Of a stretch of 64,000 bases of DNA, positions 31,896 through 42,789 are shown piece after piece. Every line of letters starts with the position of its first letter. Within the stretch, counting starts at the first letter, position 1. The notes under the pieces are model-generated. The model made no database searches, was not told the origin of the DNA, and saw nothing but the letters and a program-made list of their open reading frames with translations. The DNA comes from an uncultured Nitrospinota bacterium (GTDB lineage: Bacteria; Tectomicrobia; Entotheonellia; J063; CAVPRW01). Location of the stretch: contig CAVPRW010000034.1 of assembly GCA_963707985.1 (NCBI GenBank), positions 64,001-128,000 of the forward strand, given 5' to 3'. A program made the translations under genes and the position numbers.

Positions 31896-31989
31896 GCGAT
31901 GAGCTTTCTAAATCAAAGCATTACCAGCTCCACACGGCTCCCCGCCGTCGAGATGTGCCCGATTTTGTGCCAGTCTTGTCTGGGCCATC

Positions 31990-32095
31990 CTCTAGATTCT
32001 CGCTTATCGCTGGTTCCCAAACTCCATCGAAGCATCTTGCCTCGTTCGTAGCTCTTAGCCCAGCATGTATTTTCCCGCAGGTAGAGACTGCTCAT
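31990..32095 (-). pseudogene. N-terminal remnant of a tyrosine integrase (arm-binding-like)
   Basis: MSSLYLRENTCWAKSYERGK.LR.SLGTSDKRE resembles phage-integrase N-termini; good RBS; no catalytic domain follows. Confidence 0.5.
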
Positions 32096-32389
32096 GTTCC
32101 TCTCCTGCTCGGGTCCGCTCTCCTTCTCCGGCTGTGGAGGATATAACAGGGATGGCAGGATTGCAAGGCAGGGCTAGCCTGGATGCAGACGGCTGCCAGG
32201 GTCCCCTATTTGGGCTCCCTGCCTGGACAATATAGCGTACGTCTCCCCTCACATAAATCCTATTCCCCATGGAAGAGTCGATTGAAAACAAGGTCTATTG
32301 GGTGCGGGATGCCACGTGGGATGAGGAGCGTTCCTAAGTGCGCTGTGGCAGCATTCCCTAGGCGATGGCCGCGTTCCGTAACACCGCCA

Positions 32390-32525
32390 GTTGAGCACTG
32401 CAGCGTATGCATCTTCGTCGCAACCCACCGAGCTTTAGCATCTAGCTGGTGCGGTGCCGAGCTGGGAGCTTTCTGGGGGGCAGGAAAGCCCGTCCTCGTC
32501 TATCTTGCTGACTCAGCAGTAGACT
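32390..32525 (+). pseudogene. TIR-like domain fragment
   Basis: CSVCIFVAT..ALASSWCGAELGAFWGAGKPVLVY resembles the TIR alphaC-betaD motif S.WC..E. Confidence 0.5.
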
Positions 32526-32543
32526 TCGTCTACTTTGTCACAG

Positions 32544-32927
32544 TTAACCACTTGCGAGACTATACAGAAGAATGGCTAGGACGATGCTGGTGATGAACAC
32601 GTAGGTGAGGTCGCGCTGATGAGCAAAGGCATAGATCGAAAAGGCAACGCGTGCCACCGGTGTCGCCAGTAGTAGGAGCAGTCCGAGTTGAATGATGCCG
32701 CGACTGCGTAATTCCAAAGCATCTGTCACGATTCCTGGAACACTCCGCAAATCCGCGGGCTCGCCGTGGAAGACGCGATAATCGGGCGTGGTCCCCCCAT
32801 ACCGGACAAGATAGACGAACCCTCCCGCCAACACCACGATCGCAGCGACGATCACCCCGCCTCTGAGGAGATTACCCACGATTTCTTCTACCCGCTGGTC
32901 GGTCCAAGGCTGCTTGGGGGACGGCAC
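32544..32927 (-). CDS. DUF1634-family membrane protein
   Basis: LLRGGV...GLLLLLATPVARV...D..YV.IT; usual partner of TauE. Confidence 0.88.
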   Translation of the reverse strand: MPSPKQPWTDQRVEEIVGNLLRGGVIVAAIVVLAGGFVYLVRYGGTTPDYRVFHGEPADLRSVPGIVTDALELRSRGIIQLGLLLLLATPVARVAFSIYAFAHQRDLTYVFITSIVLAILLYSLASG

Positions 32928-32928
32928 A

Positions 32929-33765
32929 CTACAACCCTCCTGTCAGGCCTTTATAGATCATTTCGAGACCAAGGGCCACGATGATGAAGCCGAACACAAA
33001 GCGTAATATTCGCGTCTCAGCCCGCACCAGCACTCGTGCCCCCAGGACCGATCCGAGGAGAACTCCGAGCATGACTGGCATTGACAGGCCGGGGTCGATG
33101 TAGCCACGGTTCAAATAGACTCCAGCACTGGCGGCAGCTGTGACCCCGATCATAAAGTTGCTGGTGGTCGTCGAAACCTTGAAGGGCAGGCGCATGGCCT
33201 GGTCCATTGCTAACACCTTCACCGCTCCCGATCCAATGCCGAGCAGGCCCGACAAGGCACCGGCCAGGGTCATCAGCCCAAACCCCAGTGGGATGGCATG
33301 GACGTGATAGGGTTGCGGCCCAGAAGGCGTGGGGTAGGTTCCGTCCATTCTCAGACGGAGAGCTAGCGGATCGGGACGATCGCTGTCGATTCGTTCCGCT
33401 GGCGAGCGGCTTGATAGATAGGCCGAATACAGCAAGACCATACCAAAGATGATCGCAATGGCGGAGGTAGGAACCCATATCGCCAACGACGCACCGATTA
33501 GCGCCCCCAGGGTAGTAGCAATCTCAAGAAACATGCCGATGCGCATATTCGTGAAGCCTTCCTTGACATATGCGGCGGCAGCGCCTGAAGAGGTGGCAAT
33601 GACCGAGATGAGTGAGGCGCCAATCGCGTACCGAATATCCACATCAAAGACAAGTGTCAAGAGGGGCACAAGGACGACACCGCCGCCAAGCCCGGTCAAG
33701 GCGCCAATAAACCCTGTGGCCAGGGACCCGAGCCATAATAAGATGGCAAATTCAAGGACAGTCAT
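32929..33765 (-). CDS. Sulfite exporter TauE/SafE family membrane protein
   Basis: GALTGLGGG; IATSSGAA; SGLLGIGSG; TTTSNFMIGVTAA. Confidence 0.92.
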   Translation of the reverse strand: MTVLEFAILLWLGSLATGFIGALTGLGGGVVLVPLLTLVFDVDIRYAIGASLISVIATSSGAAAAYVKEGFTNMRIGMFLEIATTLGALIGASLAIWVPTSAIAIIFGMVLLYSAYLSSRSPAERIDSDRPDPLALRLRMDGTYPTPSGPQPYHVHAIPLGFGLMTLAGALSGLLGIGSGAVKVLAMDQAMRLPFKVSTTTSNFMIGVTAAASAGVYLNRGYIDPGLSMPVMLGVLLGSVLGARVLVRAETRILRFVFGFIIVALGLEMIYKGLTGGL

Positions 33766-34016
33766 TGGCGGCATCCTGTTGAGGTGACATTCAACTGTTT
33801 CCTCAGCGTATCGCGCACTGCGGCGAAGGAGCAAGCTGATTCTTGGTTACATGGTCATTTCTTGCGGTGACACATTGACCAGAAGGTCGGCGACTTCATC
33901 GGGTGGTCCTGCGCCTGGACCTGGTTGCGTGTGTCGCACAACACGACGATACCGCGATTCGTGAAGCGGGTCAATCCGTCTTGGAAGCATGAGACCTACC
34001 AACCCCCCAAGCATGT

Positions 34017-34033
34017 TGGGGCATATTGTCCCA
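34017..34033. promoter_or_regulatory. Candidate enhancer (UAS) palindrome
   Basis: TGGGGCA-tat-TGTCCCA, about 140 bp upstream of the sigma54 site at 34173. Confidence 0.55.
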
Positions 34034-34172
34034 CGGCGCGACCCCGTGGTGGGGTTTGAGGCTATCACAGCGGCCCAGCGTCAACCGAGCTAGTGGTCCT
34101 CTAAGGACACGTTGGGACTCGTCCGCGCCTGACGACGCCGTTCGTCTGGGGGGATAGCCCAGCGTTACGCCG

Positions 34173-34188
34173 CGGCATTTATTTTGCT
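34173..34188 (+). promoter_or_regulatory. Sigma54 -24/-12 promoter (small Cys-rich ORFs)
   Basis: CGGCATTTATTTTGCT. Confidence 0.6.
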
Positions 34189-34247
34189 CCTCATTAGGAT
34201 CGTAAAGCTCGACACAGATCGGGAGATCATAGCAGAGGAGTAAAACT

Positions 34248-34424
34248 ATGGCTTGCCCGTATCACCGTCAGGTCGATCGGAACGCCCAGGTTTCCGGGCT
34301 GAACGGCTACTGCGATGCCGAGGAGCTCTGGAGATTACGCATTCCCACGCCGTTTGAAGAGACGCGGTATTGCAACACCGAGGACTACATCAAGTGTCCC
34401 ATCCTGAATGGCAAGCATGACTAA
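34248..34424 (+). CDS. 58-aa four-cysteine protein (below the ORF-track cutoff)
   Basis: GAGGAG RBS; MACPYHRQ...YCDAEE...RIPTPFEETRYCNTEDYIKCPILNGKHD. Confidence 0.7.
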   Translation: MACPYHRQVDRNAQVSGLNGYCDAEELWRLRIPTPFEETRYCNTEDYIKCPILNGKHD

Positions 34425-34444
34425 CCGGAGACCACGGAGGCCCT

Positions 34445-34687
34445 ATGTACATTCGCGAAGCTGACCGCGCCATCATCATGCACGAGACCCCTGAGTTAGA
34501 GGGATCGACATGTATGGACTGTGGCAAGACGCCATATATCCTCTGGAACCCTGCCAAGTGGGGGGCAATCCTGCTGTGTGGAGAGTGTGCCCAAATCGTT
34601 GCCACCCAGCTGATGAAAGATGTACGGAGCTATGAGCTCGATACGCACGTCGCGGTTAAGGTGCAGGCCGCGCTGACGCCATTGTAG
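34445..34687 (+). CDS. Small putative zinc-finger protein
   Basis: GGAGG RBS; CMDC...CGEC. Confidence 0.6.
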   Translation: MYIREADRAIIMHETPELEGSTCMDCGKTPYILWNPAKWGAILLCGECAQIVATQLMKDVRSYELDTHVAVKVQAALTPL

Positions 34688-35060
34688 AGCAGGTACCAGC
34701 AGATCCTCACGGCGGTTGACGGGTGATTGAACGCCCCGCTTACCGGCGAGTCTGAGCCGCAGATGCGCCAGCCTGATCCTGTCGAAAGCGATTCACTGTT
34801 TCAGGCGGTGAATACATCGTCTTCGCCGGTACAACAAGATGCTCCGGCTCGCGCACCGCCCTCGTCTTCGCGATCGGCAATACCATCGAGTTCGTCAGGC
34901 TGGCGCGCCTGACACAGGAAGTGCCGCTCAACCCAGCCCGTTGCCAATGGAAGTCCGTTGGATCACCAGGGTGATCGGCGTCATCGTCCTAGGCATGGGC
35001 GTCATGTTCTTCGTGCTGGGAAATCCTATCTGGCGGACCTTCTTCGCCTGGCTTTCCTGA
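34687..35060 (+). pseudogene. Cation-transporting P-type ATPase remnant (actuator domain to first TM)
   Basis: Across shifted frames: QVPAD, LTGESEPQ, IVFAGTT, ALVFAIG..EF.RLARLTQ, PSPL..E..., hydrophobic helix. Confidence 0.75.
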
Positions 35061-35096
35061 ACGGCCTCCGACAGCGCTCCAAGCGACCGTGGAACG

Positions 35097-36032
35097 TTAG
35101 TGCAGAGTACGCAGATAACTGAAGATTTCGCGAACCTCATCTTTGCTCAGTTCGCCATTAAAATGGGGCATAATGGCTCGACTGTGTTCGAGCATATGCT
35201 GAACACCGACACGTACCTGCTCCTCGGAGTGGGTCCGAAAATAGGCTTGATTAAACGCGACCCGTGGGAGTTCTTCGGGCATGGCTTCGGCTTCGCCAAT
35301 AGCCTCGGTATCCATCTCAGGGGGGTGGCCATCGGCACCATGGCACACCGCACAGAAGCGGGTATAGAGCTCATGGCCCGGCGATAACACACGCACATAT
35401 GCCAGCACTGCCTGCAGCTGTTCTGTATCCATGAGTTCTGCGACACCGGGCATGGCCCCCTTACCATCTGCAATAATGTGCAGTAGGTCCGCGTCATTCA
35501 CCTGGCTCTGAAACACGACAGACCTAAGGTCCCGCGGTGGTGTTGGTAGCTGCTTCGCCATAATCCCGTCACCACGCCCATAAAGACCGTGACAATAGAC
35601 ACACAACGAGTCGTAGAGGTCTTGGCCTCTGTTGACCTGGTCCCACGAAATGGACGGCAATCGCCGTAGATAGGCGGTTATGGCTGTCAGATCTACGTTA
35701 GACGACAGCGACGTGCCAGCATCGAGCGGAACCGACAGTTCTCTACCATAGAGCACTTTGGCTATGAGTTCCGCTTCGTTATACTCAGTCCACAACGCCG
35801 GAGGCCGCAGACTTGGAGCCCGAATTCCAAACATGTCCGCGACTGGACCTCCGCCGCGGCCTTCCCAGCCATGACAATCTGCACAGTTTCGGAGATAAAG
35901 CGCTTCGCCGTGTGTCAGACGATGCACTTGTCCCGGAGGGAGCATCGTTAGCACTTGATCCGATCGGTGACTATCCATGCCGACCTGTGTACATCCAAGC
36001 ATGAAAATCAATACACATAGCAGGCTCCGCAT
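35097..36032 (-). CDS. Tri-heme c-type cytochrome (probable lipoprotein)
   Basis: Three CxxCH (CADCH, CVYCH, CAVCH); MP distal-Met motifs in domains 2 and 3; MLGC lipobox-like. Confidence 0.88.
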   Translation of the reverse strand: MRSLLCVLIFMLGCTQVGMDSHRSDQVLTMLPPGQVHRLTHGEALYLRNCADCHGWEGRGGGPVADMFGIRAPSLRPPALWTEYNEAELIAKVLYGRELSVPLDAGTSLSSNVDLTAITAYLRRLPSISWDQVNRGQDLYDSLCVYCHGLYGRGDGIMAKQLPTPPRDLRSVVFQSQVNDADLLHIIADGKGAMPGVAELMDTEQLQAVLAYVRVLSPGHELYTRFCAVCHGADGHPPEMDTEAIGEAEAMPEELPRVAFNQAYFRTHSEEQVRVGVQHMLEHSRAIMPHFNGELSKDEVREIFSYLRTLH

Positions 36033-36174
36033 CAGGTCTCCTCTGTAGGTGTTCTTGTCACTTCACATCGCGGCCGGGATTGTGCCCGATAATCTTTTCT
36101 CCGCAGGCAGCCCAGCTGAGACGATCCGTCAGGACTGGAGCAGAAACTGAGACGACATTCAATCGATGTCAGCA

Positions 36175-36190
36175 GGCAAACTCCTTGCCG
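36175..36190 (-). promoter_or_regulatory. Sigma54 -24/-12 promoter (cytochrome c)
   Basis: CGGCAAGGAGTTTGCC. Confidence 0.5.
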
Positions 36191-36361
36191 CATCCCCCGT
36201 TTATAGCGGTTTTCAGATCAGTGCTTGGCAATCTTTCAACGATAACCGTTCTTCCTAGCTCTATCTGGCCCTCACTCTACCCGCTCCCGGCGGCAAGAGG
36301 GGGATAGATGTTGCCGGCATTGGGCGACGCCGTTGGCCGCACATTGCCGATGTGAAACAGA

Positions 36362-36507
36362 TGGGACAATATGCCCCGATGCAGGCCATTTTGCCCCTGA
36401 CCATGCACTTCTTGGGGCCTTCCGTTATGACGAGCATAGGAGCCACCCTCGCCAGAGATATGCCTCACAGTGGGACGTCCTATCCGTACTCGGGGCAAAC
36501 AATCCCA
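36362..36507. promoter_or_regulatory. Two pairs of candidate UAS sites between divergent sigma54 promoters
   Basis: TGGGACA-ata-TGCCCCG (36362) with CAGGCCA-ttt-TGCCCCT (36382); TGGGACG-tcc-TATCCGT (36471) with CGGGGCA-aac-AATCCCA (36491); 20-bp spacing in each pair. Confidence 0.5.
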
Positions 36508-36581
36508 TCACCCTCTTCTTCGCCCTGTTTCGCCTAAGACCCACAACCGGGTCATATCAACTCGGAGCGTTTTCCTCTATA

Positions 36582-36597
36582 CGGCAAGGTGGTTGCA
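36582..36597 (+). promoter_or_regulatory. Sigma54 -24/-12 promoter (CBS-acsA-pdh cluster)
   Basis: CGGCAAGGTGGTTGCA. Confidence 0.6.
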
Positions 36598-36693
36598 TAA
36601 GACCGTGAGATGGAGATGCCGGATAGCACAGCTGTGGACTGCGGCGTCGACCACCAATGTCATGTGACCATTCATACACGATGGAGACAGACT

Positions 36694-37167
36694 ATGTCAT
36701 TACAGCAATTTTGCAAACGACCGATCGTCACCGTCGATCCAGAGAAAAACATCCCAGCCGCCTGCCAATTGCTGGAGGAACATAATATCGGCTGCCTCCT
36801 GGTGGAGGAGCGGGGGAAGCTGTGCGGGATTCTTACCGATCGGGATATCGCGCTGCGGGTCACTGGCCATGGACGTAATCCTGAGCAGACCACGGTGAGG
36901 CAGGTGATGACCGGCACCCCAGTCCATATCTCCGTGGAGAGCACGTTACATGCATTGACCGCCCTCCTGCATAAACATCATGTGCGCCGCGTGCCGATCA
37001 TTGATGAAACCGGCCGGGCGATCGGAATTGTGACAATCGATGATCTTCTGGCATTACTCGGTGACGAGATGTCAGATATGGGCAAGGCTATCTCAAAAGC
37101 TTTCTTCCATAAACCCGCGGCAGCGGAAGTTGAGCCCGAGGAATTTCATTGGTGGGTGCTGCCGTAA
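36694..37167 (+). CDS. Tandem CBS-domain protein
   Basis: IGCLLV...GILTDRDI...VRRVPII...GIVTIDDLL. Confidence 0.92.
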   Translation: MSLQQFCKRPIVTVDPEKNIPAACQLLEEHNIGCLLVEERGKLCGILTDRDIALRVTGHGRNPEQTTVRQVMTGTPVHISVESTLHALTALLHKHHVRRVPIIDETGRAIGIVTIDDLLALLGDEMSDMGKAISKAFFHKPAAAEVEPEEFHWWVLP

Positions 37168-37329
37168 TGCGAACCTTGACAGGAATTTGAATGCGCCATG
37201 ACGGCTGATACGTGGACTGAACTCTCTGCCGCCGTACGGGCCAAACCAGGGCGAAGGGCCGATCAGCGATGCATCTACCTTCTGCACTGCATGAACCCCT
37301 CATCGCCAGGGGGGAGGAGAGTAAGAACT

Positions 37330-39090
37330 ATGCCTTGGGCATCGATCAAAAAATCTTCAGAGCGCTGGGCTGTTCGACCAAACATGGTGGACTACCAACA
37401 CACCTGCGCCACGTTCTCATGGGAGGCAGTGGGCCATGAGCTCGACGGCCTGCCGGGCGGTCAAGGTTTAAACATTGCCCATGAAGCAGTCGATCGCTAC
37501 GCCAATGGAGCGCAGCGTGATCACGTCGCTATTCGGTGGCTGGGTCGCGACGGCACGAGTCGCGATTTCACCTATGCAGATTTGCAGGAGCAGAGCAACC
37601 GCTTTGCCAACGTGCTGCGCGACTTCGATGTTGGCAAAGGGGAAGGCGTTTTTTCCCTGGCAGGGCGCATCCCAGAATTGTATGTCGCTGCGCTCGGTAC
37701 TTGGAAGAATACCAGTGTCTTTTGCCCTCTCTTTTCAGCTTTCGGCCCAGAGCCTGTCTACCAACGCTTGAGCCGGGGGGACGCCAAGCTGCTGGTGACG
37801 ACCGAGCGCTTCTATCAGCAGAAAATCGCCGGCCTCAGACAACGCCTGCCGCACCTCCAGCATGTGCTGCTGGCGGACGCCAATGCAGATCGCGGCGACA
37901 ACGTCTGGTCGCTGCCACGGTTGATGCAAAACGCTTCTGATGAATTCACCATTCCACCCACCGATCCCCAGGACATGGCGGTATTGCATTTCACCAGTGG
38001 CACCACCGGTATGCCTAAAGGGGCCGTACACGTGCACAAAGCGGTACTTACCCACTATATGACCGGGCAATATGTGTTGGACTTCCATCCCGGAGATGTG
38101 TTCTGGTGTACCGCTGACCCTGGCTGGGTCACCGGTACCTCCTATGGCATCATCGCACCCTTGGTCCACGGTGTGACCAACCTTGTCGACGAAGCCGAGT
38201 TCGATGCCGAGCGCTGGTACCGTCTCCTGGAAACGCAGCAGGTCAACATTTGGTATACCGCCCCTACAGCCATCCGCCGCCTCATGCGTCTCGACATGAA
38301 GCCACGCGAGGCGTACGATTTGCGCCAGCTGCGCCTGATCCATAGTGTCGGCGAGCCCCTCAACCCTGAAGCCGTTATCTGGGGGCAGGAAATCCTGGGC
38401 CTGCCGATCCACGACAATTGGTGGCAGACCGAAACTGGTGGCATCATGATTGCTAACTTCACTGCTATGGACATCCGACCCGGATCAATGGGTCGCCCGC
38501 TCCCCGGGATCGAAGCGGCGATCGTTCGGCGGGTAGGTGAGCAGGCGGTGGAGGTCATCGATGCGCCCGACGTCCAGGGCGATCTGGCGCTCAAGCCGGG
38601 CTGGCCCTCGATGTTTCAGGGCTATCTTCACGATGAAGAGCGCTACCGCAAATGCTTCGTCGGCGGCTGGTACATCACCGGCGATCTGGCGAGGCGCGAT
38701 AAGGACGGCTATTTCTGGTTCGTCGGCCGGGCCGATGACATCATCAAGACCGCCGGCCATATGGTGGGCCCATTCGAAGTCGAAAGCGCCTTGATGGAGC
38801 ATCCATCGGTGGCCGAAGCCGGCGTGATCGGCAAGCCCGATCCGCTCATCGGTGAGCTGGTCAAAGCCTTCGTGACGCTGAAACAGGGCGTGGAGCCCAG
38901 TGACAAGTTGCGCTTGGAGCTCATCGGCTTTGCGCGCACCAAGCTTGGATCGGCGGTGGCGCCCAAGGAAATTGCCTTCCAGGCCAATTTACCGAAGAAC
39001 CGTGCTGGCAAAATCATGCGACGGTTGCTGAAGGCGCGTGAGCTGGGGTTACCTGAGGGGGATATCTCAACGTTGGAGACCAGCGAATGA
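37330..39090 (+). CDS. acsA: Acetate--CoA ligase
   Basis: [45 protein letters not shown]. Confidence 0.92.
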   Translation: MPWASIKKSSERWAVRPNMVDYQHTCATFSWEAVGHELDGLPGGQGLNIAHEAVDRYANGAQRDHVAIRWLGRDGTSRDFTYADLQEQSNRFANVLRDFDVGKGEGVFSLAGRIPELYVAALGTWKNTSVFCPLFSAFGPEPVYQRLSRGDAKLLVTTERFYQQKIAGLRQRLPHLQHVLLADANADRGDNVWSLPRLMQNASDEFTIPPTDPQDMAVLHFTSGTTGMPKGAVHVHKAVLTHYMTGQYVLDFHPGDVFWCTADPGWVTGTSYGIIAPLVHGVTNLVDEAEFDAERWYRLLETQQVNIWYTAPTAIRRLMRLDMKPREAYDLRQLRLIHSVGEPLNPEAVIWGQEILGLPIHDNWWQTETGGIMIANFTAMDIRPGSMGRPLPGIEAAIVRRVGEQAVEVIDAPDVQGDLALKPGWPSMFQGYLHDEERYRKCFVGGWYITGDLARRDKDGYFWFVGRADDIIKTAGHMVGPFEVESALMEHPSVAEAGVIGKPDPLIGELVKAFVTLKQGVEPSDKLRLELIGFARTKLGSAVAPKEIAFQANLPKNRAGKIMRRLLKARELGLPEGDISTLETSE

Positions 39091-40094
39091 ACACAGAGTT
39101 GACCACACCAGCAGCGGCACTGCCGATCGACCGTGAGCATGCCCTGCACCTGCTGCACCAGATGGTGCGCATCCGACGTTTCGAGGCGAAGTGCGCCGAA
39201 TTGTACGGTGCCATGAAGATCCGAGGTTTTCTGCACCTCTATGATGGCGAGGAAGCCGTCGCTGTTGGGGTCATGCAAGCTCTCACCCCCGCAGACGCCA
39301 TCGTCGCAACCTACCGCGAACATGGCCATGCCCTGGCGCGCGGCATCTCGGCAGGCTCGGTGATGGCGGAGATGTATGGGAAGCAAGAGGGCTGCGCCCG
39401 TGGACGGGGCGGCTCGATGCACCTCTTCGATGCCGAGACGCGATTCTACGGTGGCAACGCCATTGTCGGCGGTGGGCTTCCCCTCGCCATTGGGCTAGCG
39501 CTCGCTGATAAAATGCAGGGCAAGCCACAGGTGACCTGCTGTTTCTTCGGCGACGGGGCGGTCGCTGAAGGGGAGTTTCATGAGTCCATGAACCTGGCGG
39601 CCCTGTGGCAATTGCCGGTCTTGTTTGTCTGTGAGAACAATCTGTACGCTATGGGTACGGCGCTGCAGGTGGCGCAATCGGTCACCGATGTGGCTCGAAA
39701 GGCAGCGAATTACGCGATTCCCGCCACACCTGTGGATGGCATGGACGTCCTCGCCGTGGAGACCGCGGCTCGGAACGCAGCGACGGCGGTGCGGGCAGGT
39801 GAGGGGCCGTATTTTCTGGAGTGCCGCACCTATCGCTTCCGGGCACACTCGATGTTCGACGCCGAGCTGTACCGCAGCAAATCCGAGGTCGAGGAATGGA
39901 AGCGGCGCGACCCGATCGCGACCTTCGTCCAGCGCCTCCAAGAGCGGAATCTGCTGAGCGCCGACGATGTCGAAGCCACTGAGCGCGTCGTGGCACGCGA
40001 AGTCGAAGACGCCGTCGCCTTCGCCGAGGATGGGACGTGGGAACCCGTGGAGGAGCTGACGCGATTTGTATATTCGGAACGGAGGACGGCATGA
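39087..40094 (+). CDS. pdhA: Pyruvate dehydrogenase E1 alpha
   Basis: [38 protein letters not shown]. Confidence 0.93.
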   Translation: MNTELTTPAAALPIDREHALHLLHQMVRIRRFEAKCAELYGAMKIRGFLHLYDGEEAVAVGVMQALTPADAIVATYREHGHALARGISAGSVMAEMYGKQEGCARGRGGSMHLFDAETRFYGGNAIVGGGLPLAIGLALADKMQGKPQVTCCFFGDGAVAEGEFHESMNLAALWQLPVLFVCENNLYAMGTALQVAQSVTDVARKAANYAIPATPVDGMDVLAVETAARNAATAVRAGEGPYFLECRTYRFRAHSMFDAELYRSKSEVEEWKRRDPIATFVQRLQERNLLSADDVEATERVVAREVEDAVAFAEDGTWEPVEELTRFVYSERRTA

Positions 40095-41092
40095 ACAGCA
40101 GCACACCAACGCTGAAGCTGACCTATCGCGAAGCGGTGCGGGAGGCAATCCGAGAGGCCATGTACAAGGACGAGCGGGTATTCTTGATGGGTGAAGATGT
40201 CGGCCGCTACGGCGGCTGCTTCGCCGTGAGCAAAGGTTTGCTGCAGGAGTTCGGTCCCGAGCGCATTCGTGACACCCCCTTGTCGGAATCGGCCTTCGTG
40301 GGCGCCGGGATCGGTGCAGCGATGGGGGGCATGCGCCCCATCGTGGAGATCATGACGGTCAACTTTAGCCTTCTGGCAGCGGATCAGATCATCAATAACG
40401 CTGCCACGATTCTGCATATGTCGGGCGGACTATTTAACATCCCGCTGGTCATCCGCATGGCCACCGGCGGCGGGAGGCAGGTGGCGGCGCAGCATTCCCA
40501 TAGCCTCGAGGGTTGGTACGCGCATATTCCTGGGATCAAAGTGGTGACGCCAGCGACTATCGAAGATGCCCGCGGCATGTTGTGGACCGCCCTCCAAGAC
40601 CCTGATCCGGTCCTGATGTTCGAAAACGTGACCCTGTACAACATGGAGGCAGAAGTCGCGGCCGAGGTTGGGCCAGTGGATATCGACCGGGCCCAGGTGC
40701 GCCGGCCAGGCCATGACGTGTCGCTCATCACCTACAGCGCCAGTCTCTTCAAGGCCCTGGAGGCAGCAGAGGCGCTTGCCAGGGATGGTATCGACGTGGA
40801 GGTGATTGACCTCCGGACGTTGCGTCCACTGGACGAGGCGACCCTCTTGAACTCGGTGACCAAAACTCATCGTGCAGTCATTGTCGACGAAGGCTGGCGC
40901 AGTGGCAGCATCTCGGCAGAAATCAGCGCACGCCTCATGGAACACGCTTTCTACGAGCTGGATGGCCCGGTGGAGCGCATTTGCAGCGCCGAGGTGCCAT
41001 TGCCGTATGCCAAACATCTGGAGCAGGCGGCACTCCCACAGGCGGAGACGATCGTCGCGACGATCAAAAGGATGGTGCGGACTCATGGCTGA
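40091..41092 (+). CDS. pdhB: Pyruvate dehydrogenase E1 beta
   Basis: [32 protein letters not shown]. Confidence 0.93.
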   Translation: MNSSTPTLKLTYREAVREAIREAMYKDERVFLMGEDVGRYGGCFAVSKGLLQEFGPERIRDTPLSESAFVGAGIGAAMGGMRPIVEIMTVNFSLLAADQIINNAATILHMSGGLFNIPLVIRMATGGGRQVAAQHSHSLEGWYAHIPGIKVVTPATIEDARGMLWTALQDPDPVLMFENVTLYNMEAEVAAEVGPVDIDRAQVRRPGHDVSLITYSASLFKALEAAEALARDGIDVEVIDLRTLRPLDEATLLNSVTKTHRAVIVDEGWRSGSISAEISARLMEHAFYELDGPVERICSAEVPLPYAKHLEQAALPQAETIVATIKRMVRTHG

Positions 41093-42355
41093 GTTTCGTA
41101 TGCCCAGTCTGGGCGCCGATATGGAAGCCGGTACCCTGGTGGAGTGGAAAGTCAAGCCTGGTGACCGGATCACGCGCGGCGACATCATCGCGGAAGTGGA
41201 GACGGATAAAGGGGTCATCGAGGTTGAAGTCTTCGAAGACGGGATCGTCGAGCAACTTCTCGTGCAACCGGAGACGCAAGTCCCGGTCGGGACGCTGCTG
41301 GCGACGATTCGCTCCGTGGGCGCAGCGCCGGTCGCCGCAGTGGAGACGCTGGCGGAGCCCCGCGTGCGACCCGTCGCTGAAGAGGGGCGCTCCACGATCA
41401 CGTCTCCGCCCGTGACAGGGCCTGTCGCGGCTCAGGGGAAACGTCTTCGCGCCTCGCCCCTGGCACGCAAGCTGGCCGCCGAACTGGGCATCGATTTGAG
41501 CACGCTGCAGGGATCAGGGCCCGATGGCGCCATTGAGCGCATAGATGTCGAGCGTGCAGCGGCGAGAGAGGCGGTGGAGAAACCACAGCTCTATTGCCTA
41601 TCCCCCCATCCCCGCTGCCACCACCCGAACCATCGGCAGCGCCATCGCCCAAAGCCCCACCTCAGGCGGTGCAAGCCGAGGTCCCCGCCTTCCAGCTGCG
41701 TATGCGCCGCGCCATCGCTGCAGCCATGGCGCGCTCCAACCGCGAGATCCCACATTACTACCTGGAAACGCGTATCGATATGAGTCGGGCACTCGGCTGG
41801 TTGGAAACGGAGAACCAGAAGCGTGCGATCAAGGACCGGCTCTTGCCCGTGGTCATGCTGATTAAAGCGGTGGCACGAGCATTGGGGGACGTGCCGGAAC
41901 TCAATGGCTACTGGATCGAGGACCATCTTCAACCACAAGAGGCGATACACATCGGCTTCGCTATTTCCCTCAGACAGGGCGGGCTCGTCATACCCGCCAT
42001 CCATCACGCCGACCTCAAGAGCCTGGATGAGCTCATGGAGGTGTTGCGCGACCTGATTCCCCGCGTGCGGTCGGGTCGACTGCGCAGCTCAGAGCTGACG
42101 GACGCCACGATGACGGTGACGAACCTCGGAGACCTGGGTGTTGAGGTGGTGTACGGCGTCATTTACCCGCCGCAAGTGGCACTGGTGGGTTTCGGTAAGA
42201 TCACTGAGCAACCCTGGGCGGAGCATGGCATGCTTGGCATTCGCCCAATCCTGAGAACAACCCTGGCGGCGGACCATCGCGCCACCGATGGCCACCGCGG
42301 CGGCCAATTCCTCGAATCCTTGGCCCGTTACCTGCAGGAGCCAACCACGCTATGA
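41085..42355 (+). CDS. pdhC: Dihydrolipoamide acyltransferase E2, frameshifted near 41590
   Basis: Lipoyl domain VETDKG; subunit-binding ASPLARKLA; catalytic domain IPHYY...DHRATDG in the -1 frame. Confidence 0.88.
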
Positions 42356-42598
42356 CCGAGGCACAGATCAGAGAGGTCATCTTCAAGGTGCTGAACCGTA
42401 TCGCTCCAGAAGCCGATCTCGCCGGACTTGAGCCCGATGCAAACCTACGCGAGGCGCTAGACATCGATTCCTTCGATCACCTCAATCTACTCATCGGGCT
42501 CAACGAAGCAGCTGGGGGTGGAGATCCCGGAAGCCGACTACGGGCAGCTCACCACCCTAACGGACATCAGCCGTTACCTGATTGCCCGCATGCACTGA
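42352..42598 (+). CDS. Acyl carrier protein, frameshifted near 42508
   Basis: LDIDSFD phosphopantetheine motif; +1 frame continues [20 protein letters not shown] then stops. Confidence 0.85.
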
Positions 42599-42789
42599 CG
42601 CCCTGCTGCAGCAACAGGCTATCCAAGGACGTCTCACGGGAGTGCTATGCTACTCCTCTCTGGGCGCTTGGGTGAACCACAGTATCGATGCTGCCGTCAC
42701 GACGTTGTCGTCTCCGGTGCTATTGGCGTTGACCTATCGCCCTGATACCGTACTGGTACCGGGGGTTGCTCATGTGGCGGCCGCCGGCA

